Shown: positions 22,059-32,112 of the stretch, one piece after another
Position numbering within the stretch: position 1 is the stretch's first letter
Layout of the letters: each line of letters starts with the position of its first letter
Notes under the pieces: model-generated
Database searches by the model: none
The model's input: the letters and a program-made list of their open reading frames with translations, nothing else
Told to the model about the DNA's origin: nothing
Translations under genes and position numbers: made by a program
Sequence record: NC_028881.1
Strand: one strand, 5' to 3'
Source: Escherichia phage vb_EcoM-VR5
DNA length: 64,000 nucleotides

Positions 22059-23784
22059 ATCTAATCAGAATAGTTTTCGTCGCAATAAACTGATTGAAGA
22101 AATGGCTCCTCAGCGTCGTGCTGAGGCGCTAGCCCAAACTCAGAACGACGAATTAGGGAATATAACAGAAGCTTTATCAGAAACCCAGGCGACGTCTGAA
22201 TTGCTCTCTGAAGTTGTTGAAACAAAGTCTAATCAGATTATTAGTTCTGTAGACCGAGTAGATAAAAGTGTCCAAGATGTTGTCGCCGGAACAGAATTAA
22301 CAGCTGAAGCTATATCAGAACAGACCCAACAATCTAAAGCTCTTTCAGACGCATTAAACGAAAAGATTAATAAGCTTTCTAATATGTTGGAGGCTAAATT
22401 TTCTGGTATTTCTATACCTCCAGAAGGGAGCTCGCTAAAGGTTATTGAGGACTCTATTCCAGAAGAACCTAAGGCCGAAACTCCTAAAGTCCCGGCAGTT
22501 ATTGAAGATATTCTCCCGCCGGAAGATAATAAACCTGATGCTGAATTTGTACCAGAGCCTCCTAAAAATTCGGATGAAGGTGGAGAAGGTGGTAAGAGTT
22601 CTCTTTCTGATAAAATTGAAGCCCTTACAAAAATAACCGAAAAAGGATTTAAAGCTTCTGTAAGCGTAGCCGATAGAATTTCAGGTATGCTTTTTAAGTA
22701 TACCATTACTGCTGCCGCTGAAGCAGCTAAACTGGCCGCTGGTCTGGTCCTTTTAATATTTGGTATAGATGCCATTAGAGTTTACTTCCAATATTTTATG
22801 AAGCAATTTGAAGCCGGTTGGAAAGAATTTAATGAAAAGTTTAAAGAGTGGGGACCCGTACTTGAAGGATTAATGACTTGGGCCAAGAATGCTGAAGCCA
22901 TGTTTAGTGAAGGAAATTGGCTAGGCCTGGCTGAAGCTATTATTCGTGGTATGGTTAATCTTACTAAAAATATGGCACAACTTTTAATGCTTGGTATTTC
23001 TAAGTTGATTTCAGCTATTTTAAGTAAAATACCTGGTATGGGTGATTTAGCTGAAAATGTAGAGGCGTCCGCTTTAATGTCGTATCAACAAAATACAGGA
23101 GCCACTTTAGATGACGAAGACCAAACTAAAGTAGCCAAGTACCATGATAGACGTTCAGCAGAGGCTTTAGAAACAGCCGAGAAAATGAATAAGAAGTATA
23201 AAGATAAACCTGAGCTTATAAACCAGGCAGAGAAATACGGTAACCTTACCAAAGAACAAGCTGACCAGTTACGTGCAGGTGGTATTGACACAAGCTTCCG
23301 CGATCTCCCTGAAGAAGAACGTTTGGACTATTTCAAGAAACGTGATAAAGCCCAGGCTGATATTATTCGTTTAACCCAAACCGCTGATAATATAATGAAG
23401 CCTGATTCTAAAGATATCGAAAACGCTAAGGCATTTAAAGCGGATATCGAGAAACAATTAGCCGACCCTATTATGGCTAAAGGTGGAGCACCCAAAGACC
23501 TTAATATTCAGCAATTACTTGATAAGATGAATAACTCTTTAGAGAAATTTAATGATGCTGAAAAGCCTAAACCTGCTTCTGTAGCTGAAGCCCCTGAAAC
23601 AGCTCAAGCTAAAAAGGTTGACGAGCAAATGAGAGCAAAGGAAAATGCTAAATATAGTCAGCAAGCTCCAACTCAAATAAATCAGCAAACGAATATCAAG
23701 AAAACGAGTAAGACTAGTTATAATTTACCACCACAGTCTTCTACTCCTGCCCCTGGTATGCGTCAAGCTACTAAAGTTAATTAG
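22048..23784 (+). CDS. 29: Baseplate hub protein gp29 (tail length determination)
   Basis: 578 aa, low-complexity A/E/K-rich; position matches T4 gp29. Confidence 0.8.
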   Translation: MKNESNQNSFRRNKLIEEMAPQRRAEALAQTQNDELGNITEALSETQATSELLSEVVETKSNQIISSVDRVDKSVQDVVAGTELTAEAISEQTQQSKALSDALNEKINKLSNMLEAKFSGISIPPEGSSLKVIEDSIPEEPKAETPKVPAVIEDILPPEDNKPDAEFVPEPPKNSDEGGEGGKSSLSDKIEALTKITEKGFKASVSVADRISGMLFKYTITAAAEAAKLAAGLVLLIFGIDAIRVYFQYFMKQFEAGWKEFNEKFKEWGPVLEGLMTWAKNAEAMFSEGNWLGLAEAIIRGMVNLTKNMAQLLMLGISKLISAILSKIPGMGDLAENVEASALMSYQQNTGATLDDEDQTKVAKYHDRRSAEALETAEKMNKKYKDKPELINQAEKYGNLTKEQADQLRAGGIDTSFRDLPEEERLDYFKKRDKAQADIIRLTQTADNIMKPDSKDIENAKAFKADIEKQLADPIMAKGGAPKDLNIQQLLDKMNNSLEKFNDAEKPKPASVAEAPETAQAKKVDEQMRAKENAKYSQQAPTQINQQTNIKKTSKTSYNLPPQSSTPAPGMRQATKVN

Positions 23785-23786
23785 GA

Positions 23787-24881
23787 TTGATAATGAAAGT
23801 AAAAGAAATTGACATTGACGTAGCCTCCTTATTTAAAGGAGGTTCAAAAACCTCCGCGGGACAATCTAAAGCTAAACCGGTCCAAACTACGGTAACAGCC
23901 CAGTATCCAGCAGAGAGGGCTTCCGGTAATGATACTTCTACAGATATGGTACTAAACGATTTATATAAAAATGGTTTACTTTTTACAGCATATAATTTTA
24001 GCTCTCGTGTATCACCCGATTTGCGTAATGACCGTTCGAGCCAAATGACTAAAAAGTTTTCAAAAGCCGCTAATAAACTTACCGGTAATACTGGTGGGTT
24101 CAGTGCGGTTAAAAACTTGTTTAGTAGCAACTCTAAAGGAGTAAAATTTGATAGCCAGGCTTTAGCAAACATTTTACTCCCACGTTCCAAGTCTGATGTG
24201 GATTCGGTCACCCATAAATTTAATGATGTAGGCGAATCATTAATTACTAAAGGCGGTGGTACTGCTACAGGTATTTTGAGTAACGTTGCTAGTACGGCGG
24301 TATTTGGTGCATTGGAATCTGTAACTAATGGGGTAATGGCTGATTCAGGAGAACAGATATATACCACAGCTCGTAGTATGTACGCAGGACCTGATAACCG
24401 TACTAAAGTATTTACTTGGGAAATGACCCCTAGAAATGCTCAGGACCTTATCCAGATTATCAAAATATACGAAATCTTTAATTATTATTCTTATGGCGAA
24501 ACAGGCAACTCCGCCTTCGCAGGTGAATTAAAAGAGAAGATTGACACATGGTACAGGTCTACATTTAAAAAAGAAGCTATTGATAACTTTGATGGTAAGC
24601 TATTAGGAGAAGGTATTACAAGTTTCCTTTCCAATGTTATTGTAGTAAGTAACCCAACCATTTGGTATATTCGAAACTTTGGCGATACAAGTTCATATGA
24701 CGGGCGCGAAGATATTTTTGGGCCGTGTCAAATCCAGAGTATACGATTTGACAAAACTCCCGATGGGCATTTTAATGGTTTGGCTATTGCTCCTAACTTA
24801 CCATCTACATTTAGTTTAGAAGTTACTTTCCGTGAAATCATTACTTTGAACCGTGGCTCACTTTATACGGAAGGATTCTAA
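23787..24881 (+). CDS. 48: Baseplate tail-tube junction protein gp48
   Basis: 364 aa, the T4 gp48 size; position. Confidence 0.85.
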   Translation: MIMKVKEIDIDVASLFKGGSKTSAGQSKAKPVQTTVTAQYPAERASGNDTSTDMVLNDLYKNGLLFTAYNFSSRVSPDLRNDRSSQMTKKFSKAANKLTGNTGGFSAVKNLFSSNSKGVKFDSQALANILLPRSKSDVDSVTHKFNDVGESLITKGGGTATGILSNVASTAVFGALESVTNGVMADSGEQIYTTARSMYAGPDNRTKVFTWEMTPRNAQDLIQIIKIYEIFNYYSYGETGNSAFAGELKEKIDTWYRSTFKKEAIDNFDGKLLGEGITSFLSNVIVVSNPTIWYIRNFGDTSSYDGREDIFGPCQIQSIRFDKTPDGHFNGLAIAPNLPSTFSLEVTFREIITLNRGSLYTEGF

Positions 24882-25834
24882 TGTATACTTTACAAGAATT
24901 TCAGAATCAGGCAATTAATATTGACCTACAAAGGAATAACCTGTTTAGCGTAGTATTTGCTACAGTTCCTTCTTCTAAATCCCAAGCGCTCCTCGACCAG
25001 TTCGGTGGAGCTTTATTTAACAACATCCCTTTAAATACAGATTTGTTGGGTATTACACAAGGAGAGTTGACTCAAGGTGTTACGACATTAGTGACAGCGG
25101 GCACTCAGAAGTTGATTCGTAAGTCAGGCATAAGTAAATATCTGATTGGTGCTATGTCATCCAGGGTTGTGCAGAGTTTACTAGGTGAGTTTGAAGTCGG
25201 GACTTATCTTATGGATTTTTTCAATATGGCTTATCCTACTGCAGGGCTTTTAGTCCATGCAGTTAAAATCCCGGATAACACGTTGAATTATGAAATGGAC
25301 CTTAACCATAACTCTCCTAATATAAAAATCACCGGAAGAGAATATTCCCCATTAGTATTAAGCTTCCGTATGGATTCTGAAGCTGCTAACTATCGTGCTT
25401 TTAATGATTGGGTCAATAGTGTCCAAGACCCTATTACGCAGCTAAGAGCATTACCTGAAGATGTTGAAGCTGACATCCAAGTTAACCTTCATTCTCGTAA
25501 TGGATTGCCGCATACGGTAGTAATGCTTAATGGATGCGTTCCTGTTAGTGTTTCATCACCGGAATTATCCTACGACGGTGATAACCAAATTGCTTCGTTT
25601 GATGTTACATTTGCTTATAGAAGTATACAGACAGGTGCAGTTGGTAAACAAGCTGCTTACGAATGGTTGGAAGATAAAGTCCTTAAAGGTGTAGCGGGTC
25701 TAAGTGAGAGTAACTCATTAAGTTCTTCTGTAGCTAAATTGAGTAGACTTTCAGGAGCTTCTAGTGGATTGACTGGATTGGTTAATACATTTGGCGGGCG
25801 TGCTATCAATAACGGAATATCAAGGTTGTTATAA
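24881..25834 (+). CDS. 54: Baseplate tail-tube initiator gp54
   Basis: 317 aa; position; followed by a hairpin. Confidence 0.85.
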   Translation: MYTLQEFQNQAINIDLQRNNLFSVVFATVPSSKSQALLDQFGGALFNNIPLNTDLLGITQGELTQGVTTLVTAGTQKLIRKSGISKYLIGAMSSRVVQSLLGEFEVGTYLMDFFNMAYPTAGLLVHAVKIPDNTLNYEMDLNHNSPNIKITGREYSPLVLSFRMDSEAANYRAFNDWVNSVQDPITQLRALPEDVEADIQVNLHSRNGLPHTVVMLNGCVPVSVSSPELSYDGDNQIASFDVTFAYRSIQTGAVGKQAAYEWLEDKVLKGVAGLSESNSLSSSVAKLSRLSGASSGLTGLVNTFGGRAINNGISRLL

Positions 25835-25841
25835 CAAAAAA

Positions 25842-25866
25842 GGAGAGCGTATGCTCTCCTTTAGGG
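25842..25866. terminator. Hairpin GGAGAGC-GTAT-GCTCTCC after gene 54
   Basis: 7-bp stem with tetraloop then TTTAGGGG, between convergent genes. Confidence 0.6.
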
Positions 25867-25868
25867 GT

Positions 25869-26159
25869 TTACTTACGGAACGAAATGAAACCTGCTGCAG
25901 TCATTAAGGGTTGCTTTTTAACAAATACAGTAACTGAAATAGGAGCTTCGGATTCAAGCTGACCTGTCACTACACCATTAAAGATGTTTTCGGTTTGCTC
26001 AGGTTGTGAAAAATTTTCAACCGGGCGTAAGTCGAACTGCTTGTCTTCACCGAAAACACGACGTAATTCATTACCTACTGCACTGTCGAACTCTTCAGAA
26101 GCCGGGATAACGTTTTCAACTACCAGTTCTTGACCATTAAAGCGGAATGATGATTTCAT
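25869..26159 (-). CDS. Hypothetical early protein
   Basis: 96 aa; preceded on the minus strand by an early promoter and GAGGAG leader. Confidence 0.5.
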   Translation of the reverse strand: MKSSFRFNGQELVVENVIPASEEFDSAVGNELRRVFGEDKQFDLRPVENFSQPEQTENIFNGVVTGQLESEAPISVTVFVKKQPLMTAAGFISFRK

Positions 26160-26187
26160 AATGTTCTCCTCATGTTTGTGTAAGGTA

Positions 26188-26217
26188 ATAGTACCACATC
26201 CTTGTGGTGTTGTAAAC
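26188..26217 (-). promoter_or_regulatory. Early sigma70-like promoter for gene 25869..26159
   Basis: Minus strand GTTTAC, 18 nt, TACTAT; leader ...CATGAGGAGAACATT then ATG. Confidence 0.5.
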
Positions 26218-26219
26218 TG

Positions 26220-28268
26220 TTATCTGAATTTTTCCGGAAGGGCATTGATATCAGTCAATGCACACAGGATTTTATCAACTTCGTTATCTGAAGCTTCTTT
26301 AGATTCTGTAAGGAACCCAGAGAAAGATAATGTTTTGTTTACTGGTTCCAACTTACCGGATTCCAAGAACAAATCACCGTCGTAAACTACTTCGCTTTCG
26401 GCGACGATACGGTCCAGGTCCATTACTTCACACTCTAACAAGAAACGGTTAAAGGATTTAGACAGGCTAGCCGTAGTGGTCTTGTTAACTCGCAGTGTAG
26501 TACCACGTGGCAACAGAACTTCAGCCTCTTCAGGGTATTCAGACAAACTACCTGGCATAATAACCTTAATCTTCTCAATACCACGAATAACAAATGAGAT
26601 ATCAATCTTAGAATTACCTTCGGTTTTCAGTGCATTAGTTACTGTCTGGTTAGCATCTTGTGAACGCCAATCATCAGAGAATGCATGACCATCAGTATAA
26701 GTAGACGAGAAGTCATCTAATGTGATACCCATACCATTGCCGGACATTTGTCCAGGAACGTTACTAAAAATGTTAGGCTTCAACGAAGTAGAAACATAGT
26801 TACGGAAGTAGAATGTACGGCCTGTAATATTGCGACGAAGAGTATTAGAATCACCACCCTGACCACGATAAACCGTAGTACCCTTAGGCAAAGTTACACC
26901 TTTAGAGAACGCGCTATCAAGTTTCTCAATTTCACCTTCAACAAACTTAATGGAAGTATCCTCATCAGGAGTACCAAGCAAGAACGTGTTAATATCATAG
27001 AACGAGTTCATACAATATTCTGATACAGCCTGTTTTTCTTCCTTGGTAAGGTCTGCTTCTGGTTCAACGTTCTGGGCCACTTCATACGAATTGGTAAAAA
27101 CATCATCAATCATCTGAGTAATAATAGCCATAGGACGTTGAAGAGCCTGGGCCTTAACATCTACATCTACCGAAGAACCTGCAGTAATTTCACGAACAAT
27201 TCTTTGCATGATTTCGTACGAGTTTGTAGTATCAAGATTTTTAAATTCTTCAGCCATCAATCTAACGATGTCAGAAGGGTAATTTCTGGTACGTAGCTTA
27301 CCTTTAGCTTCGGATAATGCATCCATTAAAGAAGATACTTGAGGTGATAAACCGGAACTAGACGAAATATTAATATAAGCCAATTCAGATTGGGTTTTCT
27401 TAGCAAAGGTCTTCATAGAGGCTTCAAATGATTCGAATTCTTTAGATTTCTTACCATCTGATTTATATAAAGGAACTTCGTCATCATACTTAGCAAAGAT
27501 TTTAGCAGTCTCTGCATCGGCCTCAATATTTTCAGGAGTAACTGCGTATTGAGCCGCAATAGTAGCACGAACGTTTAATTTAGTACGAGAGATAACAGCC
27601 TTATCGGTACGCTTTTCTTCAACCTGCGCTACAGAAGCTACAACGGCTTCAACCTTACTTACGGCTTGGCCAGTTTTCTTGGAAACATAAACTTCGCCAA
27701 CTTTAGAATCAACTTTAGTATAAAGGTCAGCATCAATTTCCGGCATGCCTTTGATGTCTTCGATATTCGCACCACGACGTACTAAAAGAACGTAAGTATG
27801 TTTACCGCTGAACTGGAACATATCATTAACAACTTTAAACTTACCACCTGTACGAGCCATGGCCAAACGAGCCAATACACGTTGTACAGTAGGACCCTTA
27901 CCTTTCATTTTCTTAGTAGGGAAACGGAACAGAACTGCATCCATTTTAAGTTTATTTACTTGTTCATATACCGTATCGAAAATAGTATTCAATGCACCAA
28001 GTGGGTCAGAACCAAGTCCACCTTTGAGTTCAGCCGGGGCACCTTTGCTTGACAAACTCATTAGAATAACATGAACATATTTGTCACCTGGCTTAACCAT
28101 TTTAACTGCGTCTCCTTGAGACGCATAAGATACCATACGAGCCACAAGGTTATCATTACCTGGTGCTTGGATAGAGAAAATCTGTGGGATACCGGAACCT
28201 GGTTTAAGATTTGTTACTGGATAGTTTTTAGCTGAATCACTATCAAAAACTTCGTTTAAATTTTCCAT
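26220..28268 (-). CDS. alt: Alt-like ADP-ribosyltransferase, copy A
   Basis: 682 aa, the T4 Alt size; C-terminal region carries an Arg (YRGQ), an STS (YVSTSL) and an E-x-E (EAEVLLP) motif. Confidence 0.85.
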   Translation of the reverse strand: MENLNEVFDSDSAKNYPVTNLKPGSGIPQIFSIQAPGNDNLVARMVSYASQGDAVKMVKPGDKYVHVILMSLSSKGAPAELKGGLGSDPLGALNTIFDTVYEQVNKLKMDAVLFRFPTKKMKGKGPTVQRVLARLAMARTGGKFKVVNDMFQFSGKHTYVLLVRRGANIEDIKGMPEIDADLYTKVDSKVGEVYVSKKTGQAVSKVEAVVASVAQVEEKRTDKAVISRTKLNVRATIAAQYAVTPENIEADAETAKIFAKYDDEVPLYKSDGKKSKEFESFEASMKTFAKKTQSELAYINISSSSGLSPQVSSLMDALSEAKGKLRTRNYPSDIVRLMAEEFKNLDTTNSYEIMQRIVREITAGSSVDVDVKAQALQRPMAIITQMIDDVFTNSYEVAQNVEPEADLTKEEKQAVSEYCMNSFYDINTFLLGTPDEDTSIKFVEGEIEKLDSAFSKGVTLPKGTTVYRGQGGDSNTLRRNITGRTFYFRNYVSTSLKPNIFSNVPGQMSGNGMGITLDDFSSTYTDGHAFSDDWRSQDANQTVTNALKTEGNSKIDISFVIRGIEKIKVIMPGSLSEYPEEAEVLLPRGTTLRVNKTTTASLSKSFNRFLLECEVMDLDRIVAESEVVYDGDLFLESGKLEPVNKTLSFSGFLTESKEASDNEVDKILCALTDINALPEKFR

Positions 28269-28271
28269 TAT

Positions 28272-30326
28272 TTACCCTTGGATGAATTTTTCTGGCATAT
28301 CATTAAGATTCATACATGATGCTAAAAGAGGTAGTACATCAAACTTAGTTGATTTTACAAATGAGTCAAAAGATACAGGGTTTTCGGTAGTATCGAAATC
28401 ATCTTGATACACAACCAATTCACCGGTTTCCATTAACATGTTTCCATCATATACTACTGACTCTTGAAGCTCATCTGATGTCATAACTTCGGCTTGAACT
28501 AATTTATTATTAGTTTTAGAAGTACCGTCGTTATAAGAAGCATCTGTTATTTTATTAATTTTGAGCATTAACCCACGTGGAAGAATAATTTCCATTTCGT
28601 TAGAAGGAGCAAGACCTGCACCAGGGAACACCACGTTTATTTTGTGAGCACCTGAAATAGCCCAACCGATACCAACTTGGTCGTCATTAGACTTAACAAG
28701 TCCTTCATCCGATTTGTCTATGGAAACATCTAAACGGACTTCATCAGGCAGAGTACCTACTGAAGCATCTGTCATCCAAGTACCAAAAATATTAGGATAT
28801 AAAGATGTAGATACAAAGTTTCTGAAATAGAATACCTTGTTTTTAACCATTGCTTCGTAAATAGGTGGAATCATTTTCTGGGAACGATACAGTGTAATTC
28901 CTTCTGGTAATCTATCACCATTTTTAAAAGCATCATCTAAGTTATCAATAGCTTTTTCGATTTCCGGGCCAGTCAAAATACTAGAACGAACTTCTGGATT
29001 GTATATACCTAAAAGTGCATTGTTCATATCTTCATAACCGGAACCAACATACTCACGGATACCACGTTTTTGTGCTGGAGTATACTGGGTTTCATCTCGG
29101 TTATCAACAATAGAGAACATTGTCCAACCGGCAGCCAATGCAAATCCACGAATTTCTTTTTTAATGACCTTAGTCTTAGCGACGTTCCAAGAGCTTTCAG
29201 ACAATTCCATGGCTACAGTATAATCTAAATTAGAATGTTTAGCAAAGAATTTTCCTAACCAGGCACCTTTATATTCTTCAAGAACTTCGTTTAGTACTGA
29301 AGCAAAACTGCTTAATGCATCCATAGACGTTATAGGCTTACCGTGGATTTTTTGGAATGCACGAACTTTAACATCATGGTCGACTTCTTTTATTTTGCTT
29401 TTAGTTACTATTCCGCTATCGGCAAAGGCATCACCAACACCATTTATATTTGTAACTGTATTAAGAACACTTTCTAAAGAAAACGATGCGGTAGAAATAG
29501 TAGATAATTCGTTAGATTGTGGAATAAGTGGCGCGGTAGCAGGTTTACTTAATTCGGATGCAGAAGCTTCAAATTTGGTAAACATAGGTGTTTCAAAACG
29601 CGCTGATTCTAAGGATTGCGACATAGCAATAGCACGTCGTGAAATCTTGGTCTTAGTAATAACGGTTTTATCTGTACGGCGTTCTTCAACCTTAGCAATA
29701 CTACCTGCAATAGCGGTTTCTTTAGTAACCTGTACACCTTCTTTTTTGCTTACATAAACATCACCAACATCAGAATCAACTTTAGTATAAAGTTCAGCAT
29801 TAATTTCTGGAATACCTTTGATGTCTTCAATATTAGCTTGTTTACGGACAACTAAAATATAAGTATGCTTGCCAGTGAATTCATACATGGCAGGAACTAC
29901 TTTAAAACGGCCACCAGTTTTCTGTGCAACTAAACGTTGAATAAGGCGCTGTACGATAGGACCTTGTCCTTTCATTTTCTTAGTAGGAAAACGGAACATA
30001 ACCGCGTCCATACGAAGTTTTTTAACTTGCTCGTATACTACATCAAAAATGGTATTAATAGCATCAATAGGAGTTGCTCCTAAGCCACCTTTTAATTCGG
30101 CAGGGGCGCCTTTGGCTGACAGACTCATTAAAATAACGTGAGCATATTTGTCGCCTAATTTAACTTGTTTGATAGCATCACCTTCAGATGAATATGACAC
30201 CATACGTGCTACCAATTGAGACTCAACGCCGCCAATCTTCCAAATCTGTGGTACTTTAAGTTTCGGGTTCAAGTTTACAGTAGGTAATGTACCTTCAGAC
30301 TCGAACACTTCATTTAATTGGGTCAT
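28272..30326 (-). CDS. Alt-like ADP-ribosyltransferase, copy B (tandem paralog)
   Basis: 684 aa; N-terminal half near-identical in pattern to copy A; C-terminus has LYRSQ, FVSTSL and EMEIILP motifs. Confidence 0.85.
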   Translation of the reverse strand: MTQLNEVFESEGTLPTVNLNPKLKVPQIWKIGGVESQLVARMVSYSSEGDAIKQVKLGDKYAHVILMSLSAKGAPAELKGGLGATPIDAINTIFDVVYEQVKKLRMDAVMFRFPTKKMKGQGPIVQRLIQRLVAQKTGGRFKVVPAMYEFTGKHTYILVVRKQANIEDIKGIPEINAELYTKVDSDVGDVYVSKKEGVQVTKETAIAGSIAKVEERRTDKTVITKTKISRRAIAMSQSLESARFETPMFTKFEASASELSKPATAPLIPQSNELSTISTASFSLESVLNTVTNINGVGDAFADSGIVTKSKIKEVDHDVKVRAFQKIHGKPITSMDALSSFASVLNEVLEEYKGAWLGKFFAKHSNLDYTVAMELSESSWNVAKTKVIKKEIRGFALAAGWTMFSIVDNRDETQYTPAQKRGIREYVGSGYEDMNNALLGIYNPEVRSSILTGPEIEKAIDNLDDAFKNGDRLPEGITLYRSQKMIPPIYEAMVKNKVFYFRNFVSTSLYPNIFGTWMTDASVGTLPDEVRLDVSIDKSDEGLVKSNDDQVGIGWAISGAHKINVVFPGAGLAPSNEMEIILPRGLMLKINKITDASYNDGTSKTNNKLVQAEVMTSDELQESVVYDGNMLMETGELVVYQDDFDTTENPVSFDSFVKSTKFDVLPLLASCMNLNDMPEKFIQG

Positions 30327-30362
30327 AATAATTCCTCTCTAATAACCTTATTTATGCCATAA

Positions 30363-30376
30363 AGGGCCCGAAGGCC
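30363..30376 (-). terminator. Hairpin GGGCC-CGAA-GGCCC upstream of Alt copy B
   Basis: GC stem with tetraloop between the small ORF 30381..30587 and the alt-B start. Confidence 0.45.
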
Positions 30377-30380
30377 CATA

Positions 30381-30587
30381 TCAGTATAGTGGAACAATAG
30401 GGACTAAAGTTCGATATAGCTCGAAATTATATCCTTTTTCATATTTTGATAACTTTCCTGCAAATACTTCAAACTCATCACGCGAGTTGAAATCAAGGAT
30501 AGTCGTTGTTACAGAGGTAGAAACTTCACCAGAGCCGTTACCACCTTGACGTTGTGCAATAATAACTAATTCTAAATAAGCTTTCAT
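30381..30587 (-). CDS. Hypothetical small protein
   Basis: About 68 aa from the ATG at 30585-30587, which abuts the ligase stop; the track ORF extends further upstream. Confidence 0.4.
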   Translation of the reverse strand: MKAYLELVIIAQRQGGNGSGEVSTSVTTTILDFNSRDEFEVFAGKLSKYEKGYNFELYRTLVPIVPLY

Positions 30588-30588
30588 A

Positions 30589-32112
30589 TTAAAGTCCTGT
30601 CTGAGACCAATCACCAAATACGTCTTCAAACGTATCAGCTTCTGTTTTATCAAATCGCCAACCTTTAATGATTGGAAGGAAAATACCTACAGTATCAGTA
30701 CGTCCTTTAGAATGAACCCAACCATTGCATTCACAATCAGCAATACGTCCAATCAACTTACCTTCACGTGCTTGTTTCATAAGAAGTTCACGGTCTAAAT
30801 CAGGACGGTCTTCCAATGGAATCAACACCTTTTTACCTGATTTATCTTTCTTATGGGTAGTATCTTTAAAGCCGGAACCACAGTCACTTGTAATTCGACG
30901 ACAACGTGATACTAACTCGACACCACCAAGTTTGTTAGGGTCTTTAGAGTGTTCATAATAACCTACTACTTCTAAAGCGATATCGATTACTTCTTTGAAC
31001 TTGATAAGATTCTTAGAACGGCGGTTTTCCCAGTAGGAGTCCATGTTCTTAAGGATAATACCTTCCAGACCTTGGTCGACGTATTTTTTATAAACGACTT
31101 TAGCTTCAGCCAAATTGTTAACCCATTGGTTTTCAATAGCTTCAACACGTGTTGTACCATGCAATACGACATTATGAGCAACCATAAGTTCTAAGGCAGT
31201 AAAGCGTACATCATACTTATCGCCTTTAATTTTACCTTCAGAATACACTACATCTAACGGAACGTAATCCCACGCCTGTAATACCATGCCAGCAGCTTCA
31301 GTAGCAGAAATAGTTCCTTGAAGAGCTTTGTTAGCCAAGCCGTTTGATGTAGAACGATCGGCGACGGTTTGGAATTCCTTTGCCTTACTTAATTCAGGGA
31401 CTTCTTCATCAAACATGCTAAACAAGTCATTGGATGTTTTAGGTTCAACCTTAGGGGTATGGTAAACTAATTCACCATCAATCATAACACCATTAGGATG
31501 ACGTTTACGAGCTTCTTCAGTCATCACCATTAATTCGGCTGCCAAAAGATTAAGTCCTTGGTATTCATTACCACCACGGGTAAGGAATGTAACACCCGAA
31601 TCACGTACTTCAGCAAAGCAACGGGCCCCATCAGCTTTTAATTGAGCAAATGCGGGCCATTTAATATTTTTCTTAATCAGAGCTTCATCATAAGAACTAG
31701 CCAACATCTGAGGTTGTTCAGGGATTAAACCTTTCCAAACCTTGTTGGCAATAGAAATCGATGCACCACATTCAAGGTCCCGCATCATTACTCGACGTAA
31801 AACCTCAGCATCCGGACCCTTGGCATCAGCAATAATTTGGGCAAGTTCTTCAATAGCCGCATTACCTGTAATCTTACGGGTGGCTAGTGTGAACTCAGCG
31901 AAATCAAGAAGGTCTTCAAGTGTAATCATACCAAAGGATTGAGACGTAAATCCAGGTTCTGGCCACTTTTTAATACCGTAGTTTAATCGACGCGTATAAG
32001 CCATACGATAAACACGTTTAAGAAGCTCATTATCCTTTTCACGAGCAATAATAGCTTCTTTAGCTTTAGTAGAATCAATAGCAGCAATTTCGTTTAAAAT
32101 ATCTAAAATCAT
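30589..32112 (-). CDS. 30: ATP-dependent DNA ligase gp30
   Basis: 507 aa; N-terminus MIL.ILNEIA.I.STK.K...NELLKRVYR matches T4 DNA ligase from memory. Confidence 0.9.
   Translation of the reverse strand: MILDILNEIAAIDSTKAKEAIIAREKDNELLKRVYRMAYTRRLNYGIKKWPEPGFTSQSFGMITLEDLLDFAEFTLATRKITGNAAIEELAQIIADAKGPDAEVLRRVMMRDLECGASISIANKVWKGLIPEQPQMLASSYDEALIKKNIKWPAFAQLKADGARCFAEVRDSGVTFLTRGGNEYQGLNLLAAELMVMTEEARKRHPNGVMIDGELVYHTPKVEPKTSNDLFSMFDEEVPELSKAKEFQTVADRSTSNGLANKALQGTISATEAAGMVLQAWDYVPLDVVYSEGKIKGDKYDVRFTALELMVAHNVVLHGTTRVEAIENQWVNNLAEAKVVYKKYVDQGLEGIILKNMDSYWENRRSKNLIKFKEVIDIALEVVGYYEHSKDPNKLGGVELVSRCRRITSDCGSGFKDTTHKKDKSGKKVLIPLEDRPDLDRELLMKQAREGKLIGRIADCECNGWVHSKGRTDTVGIFLPIIKGWRFDKTEADTFEDVFGDWSQTGL

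Noticed and set aside
22233-24367. Minus-strand ORFs of 180 and 196 aa inside genes 29 and 48
   Set aside because: Antisense to well-supported baseplate genes on a strand region that otherwise carries no genes; no ribosome-binding sites.
29395-29757. 120-aa plus-strand ORF inside Alt copy B
   Set aside because: Antisense shadow within a confidently assigned gene.
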